Part shown: positions 28,594-41,946 of the stretch, one piece after another
How the letters are laid out: every line of letters begins with the position of its first letter
Position numbering within the stretch: position 1 is the first letter of the stretch
From: Octopus vulgaris
Lineage: Eukaryota
Length of the DNA: 64,000 nucleotides
Reading direction: 5' to 3'
Assembly: GCA_951406725.2 (NCBI GenBank)
Contig: OX597821.1
Span: 80,042,001-80,106,000 of the forward strand
Notes under the pieces: model-generated
The model's database searches: none
Told to the model about the DNA's origin: nothing
What the model saw: only the letters and a program-made list of their open reading frames with translations
Position numbers and translations under genes: made by a program

Positions 28594-29832
28594 TAGTTAT
28601 CACACTATATACCCTGTGGGTATACACACACACACACACATATTAGTTATCACACTATATGCCATGTGGGTATACACACACACACACGTGTGCGTGTGTA
28701 TATATCCACAGGGTTAAAAAACAAAGGCATAAAGAGGTCATGGGAAGCCCTTCCTTTGACTGACTCTAAGAAGGACAAAAGATGAGCTACAGACGTGGTG
28801 ATTCATGTGAGGAGGCGATGTAGAATATCTTTTTATCTTAGTCCATCAAAGTGCGAAGTACCCAATGCCAATACTGTCCAAGCCAGCACTGCTAATAAGC
28901 AGTAATGATTAATCGTTCATGGATACTTTTGCCTGCATTTATAAAATAATCAACTCAATTGCTGCTATTTATTAGACCAGTGTGAGATTTAAAATAATAT
29001 ATTCGTTCTTTTGCTCTGCAGCCATTCAGAGAAAGCGGAAGTTCGGTATTATCAAAGCCACCAGCTATCCCTATTTGTAAGTTACTTTGAAGTTCTCGCA
29101 TACGTTCACGCTCCTATATGTACACATCACATACACACTCACATTTACACTTTTGAATTTTCCAGCCACAACATTCACGTGCATATATCCACATATTTAC
29201 CTGTAGGCTATATTGTAATTAAATCCCACCTCGGTCTAGACGAGGAGTATTCCAGTGATTTAATCAACTGAACTACCTTTGCATTGTATAATCGTATAAA
29301 TGGCTGAGAATTTCACATAGCAATGTACCCTTAGTATAATCCTCAAACACAATCTACATCTACATAACACTGCGAGTTACGCAGCTGGACCTTTCAAGTA
29401 CATCTGCATCTTATTTACTGGGCTTTCCGCGCAGTTTTAACCAACCCAATTTCACTGATAAGCCTTAAAATATATCGTGGAATCTTCATGCCCAAAGTGC
29501 TGTGCAAACAGATCGATTTTACAATCTCATTTTGGGGTTTACGGAAATCATTTATTAATTTTTTAATCTTTTTCATGTTTCACTCACTGGACTGCGGCCA
29601 TACTGGACACTGCTTGAATAAATCGACGCCAATACTCAGTTGTTTTCTTATGTCCGATACTAGTCCTATCGGTAATTTTTATCGAAAATGTAAACAAACC
29701 TACACCGGTTGTGAAACTTTGTGAATGGCTGTGACAAACACAGACACAAAGCCTCCTCTCTACGACACTGACAGACAGGTAGACACACACACATACATAT
29801 ATATGTATGTGTATGTATATATATATATATAT

Positions 29833-30248
29833 ATGTTTTATGATCATTCAAAAGAAGGTAAGAAAACGGAGATTTATTATCTGCAAAAATCAAACATAAT
29901 CCCTTATAGCTCTTTCAATGAAGCCTAAAAGATTAAATAACAATTATTAAAATCATTATATTCGGCAAAATCTCTTCACCGTTAGGCTTATGTGTTGTAT
30001 TTTAGAATCATCTCGTCACAGTCTGCTGTGATGATTCTAAAATACAACACATGCTAAACTTAAAAGTATATCTTTTTTCTACCCCTCTCAAGAGATTTTG
30101 CCTAATATAATGATTTTAATATTGTTATTTAATATTCTATGCTTAATTAAAACAGCTGTGAGGGACTATGCTTGCTTTTTGCAGATAATAATTTTTTATT
30201 AAATTATATCTCCATTTTCTTACTTTCTTTTGAATGTTTATAAACCAT
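29833..30248. repeat. Large imperfect foldback element with perfect inner 23-bp arms
   Basis: Outer arms cattcaaaagaaggtaagaaaacggagat / atctccattttcttactttcttttgaatg and attaaaatcattatattcggcaaaatctctt / aagagattttgcctaatataatgattttaat. Inner arms atgtgttgtattttagaatcatc at 29990-30012 and 30030-30052. Confidence 0.8.
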
Positions 30249-31793
30249 GGTTTATATATAAACCTTTTGTTTTATGAATATTATTATTCATAAAAAATAT
30301 TAGGTATTGAACCAGTAATTCATTGGATGATACCACCATTTAGTGAGGCTAATTTAACCTCTAACTGAATATATATATATATATATATATATATACACGA
30401 CAGGTTTTCACACAGTTTCCGTCAACCAAATACACTCACAAAGTATTGGTCGTCCCAGGGATAAAAATAGAAGACACATGCCCAAGATGCCACGCAGTGT
30501 AACTGAATCCGAAGCCACATGGTTGCAAAGCGAGCTGCTTAACCGCGTAGTTCATACACACATGCAACTCATGTATTCACCCTCACATATATGCTAACAC
30601 GCTTACCTTCTTCATAAATTGCAATTACACCTCAAAACTAAGATCCGATATAAGATCGATTATAATGACGATGATACAGTGATGAGGAATTTGTTAGTTT
30701 ATAGAGAGCATCTCATTCTTACGCTTAATATAACGGAGATTGTGGACTGGGAGAGTCGGTAGAGCGTCGGACTAAAGTTTCGCTACATTTACCTGCGTTC
30801 ATATTTACGTTTCGAGTTCGAATCAGGTCGACGCTAGTTTGACCTTTCGCTATTTATAAAATAAATAATCTCATCAACTAATGAGATGGCAGTTCTCACT
30901 TCATTATCATACTTAATTACGTTTAATTTACTTAATAATGTTTTCAAATTATGGAATAACCAACAAATTTTGAGGCGTGTGGTTGAATCGATTGCATCGA
31001 ACCCAGTACTTCAGTGGCACTTATTTTATCGACACCCAAAGGTTGAAAGGCAAAGTGGTCTTCGGCATGAATTGAACTCAGAATGTAATGATTTGGAACT
31101 GAAATCGTATGACATTTTTTCTGATGCTGTCACAATCCTGCCAGTCCATTGCCCTTATTAACCATAATAATGATTGTGCTTACCTCAAATTTATGACCCC
31201 AAGGCAGAAATTTGAGGTAGGGTGTTTGTCGGTTAAACCAACCTCAGTAATTTATTTTATCGGCTCAAAGGGATGAAAGCAGTTGACTTGAGCGAAATTT
31301 CATGCCAGAACTTAAAGATTCGTATTAAACTGACTACTATCTGGCTGCTACTTTATTTACTGATACTTTATTTACTCTTGCGAGTTAATTTCATGAGCAT
31401 GATGTTCCGTTGATCAGATCAACTGCAACTGTCATAGTCGAAACTGACAAAGTGCCAGTTCGTTCACTTGTATAGGTTTGCAATTGTACTCTGAGAGAAC
31501 ATGTTAAATTATGCAAAACATTAGAGAAAGAAACCTAGCTGTTTCTTGCTATAAATACATCTTAAACAATGTTTTTTTAATGGATACTTAACATACTACT
31601 GTGGGTCCCCAATTTACTATTTTGCCTGTGTCGACCCCTGTGGTAAGTAGCTTGATTACCAACCACATGGTTCCGGGTTCAGTCCCACTACGTAGCACCT
31701 TGGGCTAGTGTCTTCTACTATAGCCTCAGGCCGACCAAAGCTTTGTGAGCAGATCTGGAAGACGGAAATTGAAAGAAACCCGTCGTATATATG

Positions 31794-31842
<49 letters not shown>

Positions 31843-31986
31843 CTGTGTGAGTGTGTGTGTGTATGTTTGTGTGTCTGTGTTTGCCTCCCCAACATCGCTA
31901 TGCCATAGAAACCGGGAAACCAGGCCCGTGAGCCTGGCTAAGCTTTAAAAAGGCGCATTTATTTATTTTTTTAAGTGTTATACTAT

Positions 31987-32027
<41 letters not shown>

Positions 32028-32029
32028 AT

Positions 32030-32557
32030 CCTTTCTACTATAAGCACAAGGCCTGAAATTTCGGGGGAGGGGATAAGTCGATTACATCGACTTCAGTGTT
32101 TCACTGGTACTTAATTTATCGACCCCGAAAGGATGAGAGGCAAATTCGACCTCAGTATAATTGGAACTCAGAACGTAAAGACAGACGAAATGCCGCTAAG
32201 CATTTTGTCCAGGGTACTAACGATTCTGCCAGCTCGCAGCCTTAATAAAAATGATAATAATAATAATAATATTTTAAAAAGGATTGACGTAACCCTTCAC
32301 AAACGTAAACAGTCAAGACGAAGAGCTCGATTCGATTGTGAGATGTTTTATTAGTTGAACGATATTTCAACAGTAAGTCTGTCTTTGTCAAGTTCAAAAT
32401 AAGAAGTGATAAAAATTCAAAATTACAGATAATTTTTGAATTTTTATCACTTCTTATTTTGAACTTGACAAAGACAGACATACTGTTGAAATATCGTTCA
32501 GCTAATAAAATACCTTACAATTGAATCACGCTCTTCATCTTGACTAATAATAATAAC

Positions 32558-32591
<34 letters not shown>

Positions 32592-33050
32592 GGAAGAAGA
32601 ATCCTCTCTACTAAAGGCACAAAGCCTGAAATTTGGTGGGGTGGGGACTAGTCGATTACATCGACCCCAGTGTTTCACTGGTTCTTAATTTATCAACCCC
32701 AAAAGGATGAAAAGCAAAATCAACCTCGGCAGAATTTGAACTCAGAACGTTGACACGGACGAAATGCCGCTAAGCATTTGTCCGGTGCGCTACCGATTCT
32801 GCTAGCTCGCCGCCATAAAAATAGTAATAATTCTTTCTAGAATAGGCGCAAGGCCTGAAATTGTGGGGGGAGGGGGCTAGTCAACTGCATCGACCCAAGT
32901 ACGTAACTGGTACTTATTTCATCGACCTCACCCAAAAGGATGAAAGGCAAAATTCGATCTCGGCAGAATTGGAGCTCAGAAGGTACGGAGCCGGAAGAAA
33001 TGCTGCTAAGCATATTGTCCGGCTCTGCTAATATGTCTGCCAGTTTCGAT
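32030..33050 (-). mobile_element. Cluster of three family A SINEs (~32030-32243, 32600-32815, 32833-33050)
   Basis: Repeated atcgaccccgaaaggatgaaaggcaaa..tcggcagaatttgaactcagaacg..gaaatgccgctaagca. Further copies near 1692, 10495, 13560-13940, 40160, 44175, 45600-46300 and 63270. Confidence 0.85.
32311..32545. repeat. Long inverted repeat (~115-bp arms) with degenerate Penelope-type hammerhead core
   Basis: agtcaagacgaagag...aaaaattcaaaa pairs with ttttgaatttttat...ctcttcatcttgact. Internal cttgacaaa-GACAG acata CTGTT-GAAA-tatcgttcag. Confidence 0.8.
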
Positions 33051-33698
33051 GCCTTGGCTAATAAATATAATAAAAGAGAAGAAATTGATATTATTGAATT
33101 GAATGAAATAAAGAAAGAGAGATGTGACAAACGAGAAAGGAATGGTGCAATATTAAAGTATATTTGATTTGGTGGTTGCGATTATTTTCGGGAGATGGAA
33201 GGGTTGGAGGTGCTAAGATGAAAAGATGGCTGCAGATATCAATGACGAAAGAACGAGACGCGATATTATGAAAGAGCAGCGGGAAAATGTGAGCTGGGCA
33301 ATAAAGAAAACAAATGAATGTATAAGAGGGAAATGTAGAAAAAGAGAGAAAGAGAGCAAGATTTAAACAGGTAAATTAGCAAGGTTACCAACGATCGGTT
33401 ATCAGGAATAAGTTAAAAGTTAAAATGCTGGAAAAACGAAGAATTAATCTTTTTTTAATGAAAGAGAGAGAAAGAAAGTAAAGAAATGAAAAATATAAAA
33501 AAATATATATAATATATACAAACACGAAAGACTGAAAGATAATATGTTAAAGAAAGAGGATGTAACAAGAAGCAAGCAAATTCAAGGTTTTATAGTAATC
33601 AGTAAAGAGAGAAAAGGTAGTTGAGAGATTAAAAAAAAAAAAAAGAAAGGAAGTTCTATTAGAATTTTGTTTTTTATCTTTCGTTTTTTTTTCCCTAC

Positions 33699-33778
33699 AT
33701 TTGATTTATGAACACAAACGAACAGAGCAATCCAAGCAGGAGGAAATAGAATTGACAACCCTGGATGATGTCTGTCTT
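33699..33778 (-). CDS. Possible small or alternative netrin exon after LE3
   Basis: Strong acceptor cttcatctctttcgctttacag| about 540 nt downstream of LE3. Open in phase 1 ([27 protein letters not shown]). The donor is uncertain (AAT|gtaggg) and I recognise no homology. Confidence 0.25.
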
Positions 33779-33918
33779 CTGTAAAGCGAAAGAGATGAAG
33801 CAGGTCAAGGAAAAGCAACAATATGCGTGTGTGTGTATGTATATATAAATATGTAAATATATAAATATATACATATATATATATATAAATATATAAATAT
33901 ATACATATATATATATAT

Positions 33919-34000
<82 letters not shown>

Positions 34001-34112
34001 TATACATATATATATACACATAATATAAATTATATACATATTATATATATAGTATAATATATATATTATATGTAATATATATTTATATATACATACATAA
34101 ATAATATATATA

Positions 34113-34147
<35 letters not shown>

Positions 34148-34314
34148 GCAAAGTATAATATACATATATAATATATACATAGACACTGATAAAACAAAAC
34201 GAAAAATCAAAAGCAAAAGTAAATAAATAAATAATGGGGTTGTTTGCATTGTTAAATGAAAAAAAAAAGGGTTTTCTCTCTCTCCGTCGAAGTATCCTGT
34301 GAAGAGTTACTTAC

Positions 34315-34464
34315 TGACACAGGGAGCAATGGTTGACTGGGTTTGTTCGTAGCCCTCAGCGCACCTGTTGCAGCTCAAGCCCGTCACACCCTCCTTACAA
34401 GTACATTGTCCTGTAGTTTGGTTACACGTCATTCGAACCGACCCCACGGGATGGCATTGGCAGC
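34315..34464 (-). CDS. netrin: Netrin (UNC-6/netrin-1 family) internal exon encoding laminin-EGF repeat 3 (domain V-3)
   Basis: Minus strand reads tttctcgtttcag|GC TGC CAA...TGT GTC A|gtaagt. 150 nt, phase 1-1. Translates [50 protein letters not shown], which matches netrin-1 V-3 as I recall it ([50 protein letters not shown]), including 8 Cys and the netrin-typical SxIAPC end. Absent from the ORF track. Confidence 0.95.
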
Positions 34465-34567
34465 CTGAAACGAGAAATTACAAGATAACTTTTTGGGTTT
34501 CGTTTCAAAAAAGAAAACAACAACAAAAAAAACAAAAAAACATAAATAACAACAGGAATAATGATAA

Positions 34568-34975
34568 TTCTTTCTACTAAAGACACAAGGCCTGAACTTT
34601 TGATAGAGGGCGGAATAGCCAATTACATCGACCCCAGTGTTTCACTGGTACTTATTTATTTCATCGACCCCGACGATGAAAGGTAAAGTCGACCTCCGTG
34701 GAGTTTGAACACAGAGCGTAACGGCAGACGAAATACCAATTTCTTTACTACCCACAAGGGATTAAACACAGAGAGGACAAACAAAGACAGACAAACAAAC
34801 GGATTAAGTCGATTATATCGACCCCAGTGCGTAACTGGTACTTATTTAATCGACCCCGAAAGGATGAAAGGCAAAGTCGACCTCGTCGGAATTTGAACTC
34901 AGAACGTAGCGGCAGACGAAATACTGCTAAGCATTTTGCCCAGCGTGCTAACGTTGTCTGCCAGGTCGCCGCCTT
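34568..34975 (-). mobile_element. Family A SINE, two-unit form
   Basis: Reverse complement of family A with the same unit junction (gacgaaataccaatttctttactacccacaagg). Confidence 0.85.
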
Positions 34976-35155
34976 AACATCAGAAATTGTAATAATGAAA
35001 CAAAACCCGTTAGTTTACAAGAAAATATTTATAATCTAGAACGCATTTAATAGAAAATGTTTTGTGGAGCGTTGTGAGATTGTCTTTATCGAGGGGCAAG
35101 TCTCAAGGGATGCAACTCGACACACTGACTTATGTTGGTATACTCACACGCATGG

Positions 35156-35235
<80 letters not shown>

Positions 35236-35259
35236 GTCTATCTATCTATCCATCCATCC

Positions 35260-35334
<75 letters not shown>

Positions 35335-35512
35335 CATCTACCTATCTGTCTATCTATCCATCTATAGATAGATAGATAGATTCATACGTGTGGGTTTGGG
35401 TGAGTGTATATATATATATGTATGTATGCATGTATAGTTGTGTATAATACACACACAAACACATACACACATATACACATATATGTATATATGCATGTAT
35501 ATGTGTGTGTAT

Positions 35513-35927
35513 AGTGGCTCTGTGGTAAGTAGCTTGCTTACCAACCACATGTTTCTGGATTCAATCCCCTTGGGCAAGTGTTTTCTACTATAGCCTCGGA
35601 CCTACCAAAGTCTTGTGACGGAAACTGAAAGAAGCCCGTCGTATGTATGTATGTATGTATGTATGTATGTATGTATGTATGTATGTATGTATGTATGTAT
35701 GTATGTGTGTGTGTGAGTATACGTTTGTGTGTCTGTGTTTGCCCCTCCCCCAACATCGCTTGACAACCGATGGTGGTTTGTTTACGTCCCCGTAAATTAG
35801 CGGTTCGGCAAAAGATACCGATAGAATAAGTACTAGGCTTCCAAAGAATAAGTCCTGGGGTCGATGTGCTCGACTAAAGGCGATGCTCCAGCATGGCCGC
35901 AGTCAAATGACTGAAACAAGTAAAAGA

Positions 35928-35929
<2 letters not shown>
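35513..35929 (+). mobile_element. Family B SINE with internal (TATG)n
   Basis: gtggctctgtggtaagtagcttgcttaccaaccacatg...gactgaaacaagtaaaagagta. Confidence 0.85.
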
Positions 35930-35980
<51 letters not shown>

Positions 35981-36202
35981 AAGAAATGTCTACATGTGTT
36001 TATGTGGGCTGGTGGTAAACTTCACAGATGTTGTGGGTAAGGTCCTGCATAAATGATTTTTGCATCTCATTTCCGACTGTAGCTCTCCCACTTTCTACAT
36101 TAAACCTTAATACTTGTAAGGCGCAATCTTTGCAATGTCAGGTCATGCATGCAGTCAACGATTATCATGTACATGCATATACAAACACATAGATATATGT
36201 GC

Positions 36203-36269
<67 letters not shown>

Positions 36270-36470
36270 TGTGTCTATGTATGTATACATATATATGCGT
36301 GTGTTTATTTGGCAAAAAAAATAATAATAAATATCCCGAAATACAACAATACACACACACACACACACACACATACAGAGTCCTACCCACACATACAGAT
36401 ACCAAGCGGCCACACAGATATCTATGTATTTATTTATATGTCTGTCTGTGTCTGTCTGTTTGTATTTATG

Positions 36471-36540
<70 letters not shown>

Positions 36541-36659
36541 CACAAACAGAAGTCTTGAAGGGCACAAAATAAGAATGCTTTACGAATATTATTTTCTCAA
36601 CAATTCATAAAGACGCAAACAGAATCTGTCGCACCACCCATGCAGTGTGTGTACGGATG

Positions 36660-37040
<381 letters not shown>

Positions 37041-37353
37041 TCACAATATAAGATACAAAAAAGAAGCGAGAACCAGCTGAGAATTGAAACCTAAGACGTA
37101 CCAACTCCGTTGACACATTAATCTCAGTCCATCACTGTGTTTGTTTTGTAAAGAAGTGACTATCGTTTTACCTTTTGGCTGTGAGGATGCTTAGTGCTCC
37201 CTAGTCGTGCACATCCCACCACACTTCACTTTCATTCATGTTTCTCCCACTCGCTCACAAATACACCCACACCATCAAACACATCCAGACATATCTATGC
37301 ATCTACGTATGTATGGATGCATTTATGTTAGTATGTAAGTATGCATGTATGTG

Positions 37354-37447
<94 letters not shown>

Positions 37448-37455
37448 TATATATA

Positions 37456-37692
37456 CAGGTTTGGCCAAAAGTCACCTGACAGTAAACCAAAGCCATTTCG
37501 TTCTTAGATTTATTTATGTTTAACAACTGAATGAATTTAATAAAAGCATCAAGATATGAAACATCATGAACATTGTTCAAACTGAAGTCCTTCCTGAGCG
37601 ACTCGATTTTCAATTCGAGTTGAGTCAATGAAGAATTACAGATAACATTTATGGAATTTTGATTTACTCTGGGGTGACGTCTGGCCAACCCT

Positions 37693-37693
<1 letters not shown>
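37456..37693. mobile_element. Tc1/mariner-type MITE
   Basis: TA|CAGGTTTGGCCAAAAGTCACCTGACAGTAAACCAAA and reverse complement of the right end CAGGGTTGGCCAGACGTCACCCCAGAGTAAATCAAA, with TA on both flanks. Confidence 0.8.
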
Positions 37694-37745
<52 letters not shown>

Positions 37746-39333
37746 TACATACATATATACACGATGGTCTTCTTTCAGTTACCGTCCAACAAATTCGCTC
37801 ACGAGGATTTGGTCGGTGCAGCGCTATAGTAAAAGACACTTGCCCAAGGTGAGACGCAGTAGAAATGAACCCAAGAATGCATGGCTAGGAAGCAAGCTTC
37901 TTAATACTACAAAGTCACGCCTGTGCCTATGCATGTGTGTGTGTGTGTGTGTAAATATATATAAATATATATATATATATATGCGTGTGCCTTTGTGTTT
38001 TCATCTGTCCTCCATGACCGCTTGTCAATACCGGTATTGGTTTGGTTAGGCTTCCGTAACTAAGTGGTTCGGCAAAAGTACCAGACATAACAAAAATATG
38101 CCATGGAGTCGATTTGTTCGACTAAACCCTCCACGGCGTTGCTCTGGCATGGCTGCAGTCCAAAGACCGAAACCAGTAAAATAAAAGAATAAATGATGAG
38201 AACGCATGTGATTCCGCATCGTGCGAAGTAGGTAAGCTGATTTTCACCAACTAACTCATGTACATTTGTCGAATAAAAATGGCAGACCTTTAATGTCAAT
38301 ATTGTCGTTTCGTCTGCTCTAGTGGACGATAAAGAAAACACTCACTTTAGTTTTTCTGATATTTAAGAGGCCGTCACTCGGTGACGCTTTTCGAATCTGT
38401 TGGCTGTGAACTTTCTACTGTATATTAGCTACCCAAGAGAGAAGTTGTCAGATGAGGTGACTAGGTAACCGCTCTGAATTTGTGTAAGTGTTATATTTTT
38501 TACTGTTTTAATATTTAGATCTTTTCAGTCAAGACAGGCCTAAGCTGATGACCTTGTGTACTGCCTCTTCATAGGCGTTACTTAAGGACAACAAACTAAT
38601 TTCTTCCCAACCACATTCAAGAGACTATTGACCACAGAATTAGAAATAACATGATATTGGACAACTTGATTGCAGTCACTGTCCTGCAATGAATCCAGGA
38701 CCTCGTGGCAGTGATGAACGTGAAGTGTGGCGGGTGGACTTTGTTGCTACGGCCCGGGTTGTAATCCAGCCATAATAGTGATAATACTGATATTAGAATA
38801 ACGGAACTATAGACGTCAATGCAAATGAAAAAATACATCTCGGCAAGCCCCTCGAAAGCAGCCAGCTCCTAACCGTAGAAGTTGCCTTACCAATTGCCTC
38901 GTTCTTGTGCTGCCAACTCCGTTTCATCTATTTATTGAATATTGCCGTTGCAAGCGTGGGAGTACTACAGCTTCGTTAGGGTTTGAGTAGCAATGGAGTG
39001 AATAATCAGCAGGTTCCGGATAATCACTATACCATGCTTCGAGTACTCTTTTATTCCAATTGGAAATATATACTTGCTTTCACGCGCACTCGAACGCACA
39101 TAAACGCATATGTATATATTTATATATGTGTATGTATGACATACGTTTAAATCTATGACGTACAAGAAGGCCAGCATATACGCACACCGAATCATTATAA
39201 ATACACACGCATGCAAATAAGAGCGTTCATTCACTCATGGATAAAGTTACTACTGCTCATCTGCGTACATATATACATACATTCGTTCACTGAGATATGT
39301 ACTCAGTTATAATGAAAAGTATTATGATCGTAT

Positions 39334-39407
<74 letters not shown>

Positions 39408-39528
39408 GAAATATTACTTATAATCACATACAGAAAAACTAACAGCATAGGCTATTTTTTTAATATTACATATTTAAAAGCATTTATATACCCCAATACA
39501 CGTTCTCTCGCTCTCACACACACACAAG

Positions 39529-39594
<66 letters not shown>

Positions 39595-40013
39595 CGTGTG
39601 TGTGTAATGATTTCCTATTACAAAACTGCAAATTTCTAGGGGAGTGGTAAGGTCAATTGAATTGACCCTAGAGAGATGAAGGGCAAAATCAACATCGGCA
39701 CCCTTTGAACTCAGAACATAAAGAGAGCGGACTAAATGCCACAAAAAATTCAGACCGGCACTGTCACTGCACCCCTAAATTACCATCCCTCCATCTCTAT
39801 CTTTCCACTTTGTTTGTGTGTGTGTGTGTGTGTCCGTGCGCGCGCATGTATGGATTGGCGTGAGATAGAAATGTCGCTGCGTCGATGAAATTTCGATCTG
39901 TTTCAGTTACATCGCCTTACACCTGACAAACATTGTCTGTCTGCCTCATGTAATTTTGATAAAGTTAGCAACTGGCACAATCCGGTGTGAATGAAACCAA
40001 TTAAATACAAGCA

Positions 40014-40107
<94 letters not shown>

Positions 40108-40679
40108 ATGTTTGTGTGTGTGCATGCGTGTGTGCGCGTGTGTTTGTAAAGTTTACTTTAACGGTATTTACGTTCTGAGTTCAAATTCCGCTGAGGTTGA
40201 CTTTGCCTTTCATCCTTCCGGGATCGATAAATTAAGTACCAGTTGCGTACTGGGGTCGATCTAATTGACTGCCCCCTCCCCTTGTGCCTAGAGTAGAAAA
40301 GAATACATTTCCAAATCCTTTTTTTTTCTAAAAAAGGACTTGTAAAAAAGTTTTTCTCAACACTACAACCACCAAACCATCTTTTGAAAGGAAAAGTTGA
40401 TTTCGCTCGGATTTGAGATACATATATCCGACGCTGACTCTTTTGTTATCCTACTCTTGTTGAAATGCACTGGCCAGTTAATTTCATAATAATAAAGGAT
40501 TTAGTAAAATAATATTGGTGCTCCTGCATGGCCATGGTCTCTGGGCTGACACATATAAAAGAAATAAGAAAGTAGTACGCTTCTCTTTGGAACGCAAATT
40601 AATATGAAATTTTGGTTGAAGATTTTAATGGATCCCTGATAATTAATCGCCTGTATTGCATAAAATATCATGTGTATTA

Positions 40680-41020
40680 GTTCATCCGTCATTGTCGACG
40701 ATGACCAAGGATATCACATGTGACAAGAAGACGGGGCACGATGTGTTCAGCTGTGGCCAATCAGTCCGATGCGTCCTCGGAAGGCTCTGCTGCAGGCTGG
40801 GCACAGGTGGACTCTTAAGACTGAAGGCAAGAAGTTGGCTCTCAACATGCGTAGTTCGTGTTTGCTTTGTGCCCCTGAAAACCTGTGCATCTTTGCCAGG
40901 CGAGGCGGACTTGTGCTTACGCTTCCCAGATGTCGGTGCTGATCTCAAAGATCTTCAGTGAATCTTTCAGTGTGTCCTTCAAGCGTTTTTTTTTTCTGTC
41001 CACCTTGCGTGGGCTGCCTT
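40680..41020 (-). mobile_element. RTE-clade LINE 3' fragment with C2H2-like end
   Basis: Minus strand: GGQKK..KRLKDTLKDSLKIFEISTDIWEA*AQVRLAW...HLCPACSRAFRGRIGLIGHS*TH, with frameshifts. Confidence 0.8.
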
Positions 41021-41630
41021 CCTTTTGTTCCCTGACAATATCATGTGTATTATTGGTCTCACGTATATATGGGTCCCAGTGGTATTATTCATGTTTCATC
41101 ATCGAGAGCCCTGTTTTGGCAGTGTTAGTATCAAACCCGTACCCGCCATAAGCATTCTATCGTTCATTAACGTATTTATGCATCTAAGTCTACATTATCC
41201 TATATATACATATCTCCTTCCATTTAGTAAGACAACAGAATTCGACTTGAAGGATAACCGTTTGCTTTGTTGACATTTGAACAATCTAAACCAAATTGCT
41301 ACTTGAATGCCTTCAGTACTGCAGCGACGGAAACTTCTTTCTCAAAGAGAAGAAGGATTTCTTATGAATGCATGATGTTTCAAAGGGATTAGAAATTGTG
41401 AAGTTGAAATCCTTTCAAAGTTACCAGCATTTCCTGATAGTATTTGCATGCAAATATTGTGAAATGATTTTAACGAAGACCGAAATAATGGGTACGGAGA
41501 GAGAAGGATTTGTAAACAGACAGACGTACATGTTGAAGTAAACTGTGAAACACACACACACACACACATTATATATAGGCTCAGACATAATATATATATA
41601 GACACTCATGGCCAAGAATAATATTAGTAC

Positions 41631-41688
<58 letters not shown>

Positions 41689-41694
41689 TGGATG

Positions 41695-41773
<79 letters not shown>

Positions 41774-41815
41774 GGATAAAATTACAGATAAATAGATAGA
41801 CAGACAGATAAATAA

Positions 41816-41848
<33 letters not shown>

Positions 41849-41906
41849 AGGATGGATGGATGGATGGATAGATAGATAAATGTACAGGCATAAACAGTCA
41901 CACACA

Positions 41907-41946
<40 letters not shown>

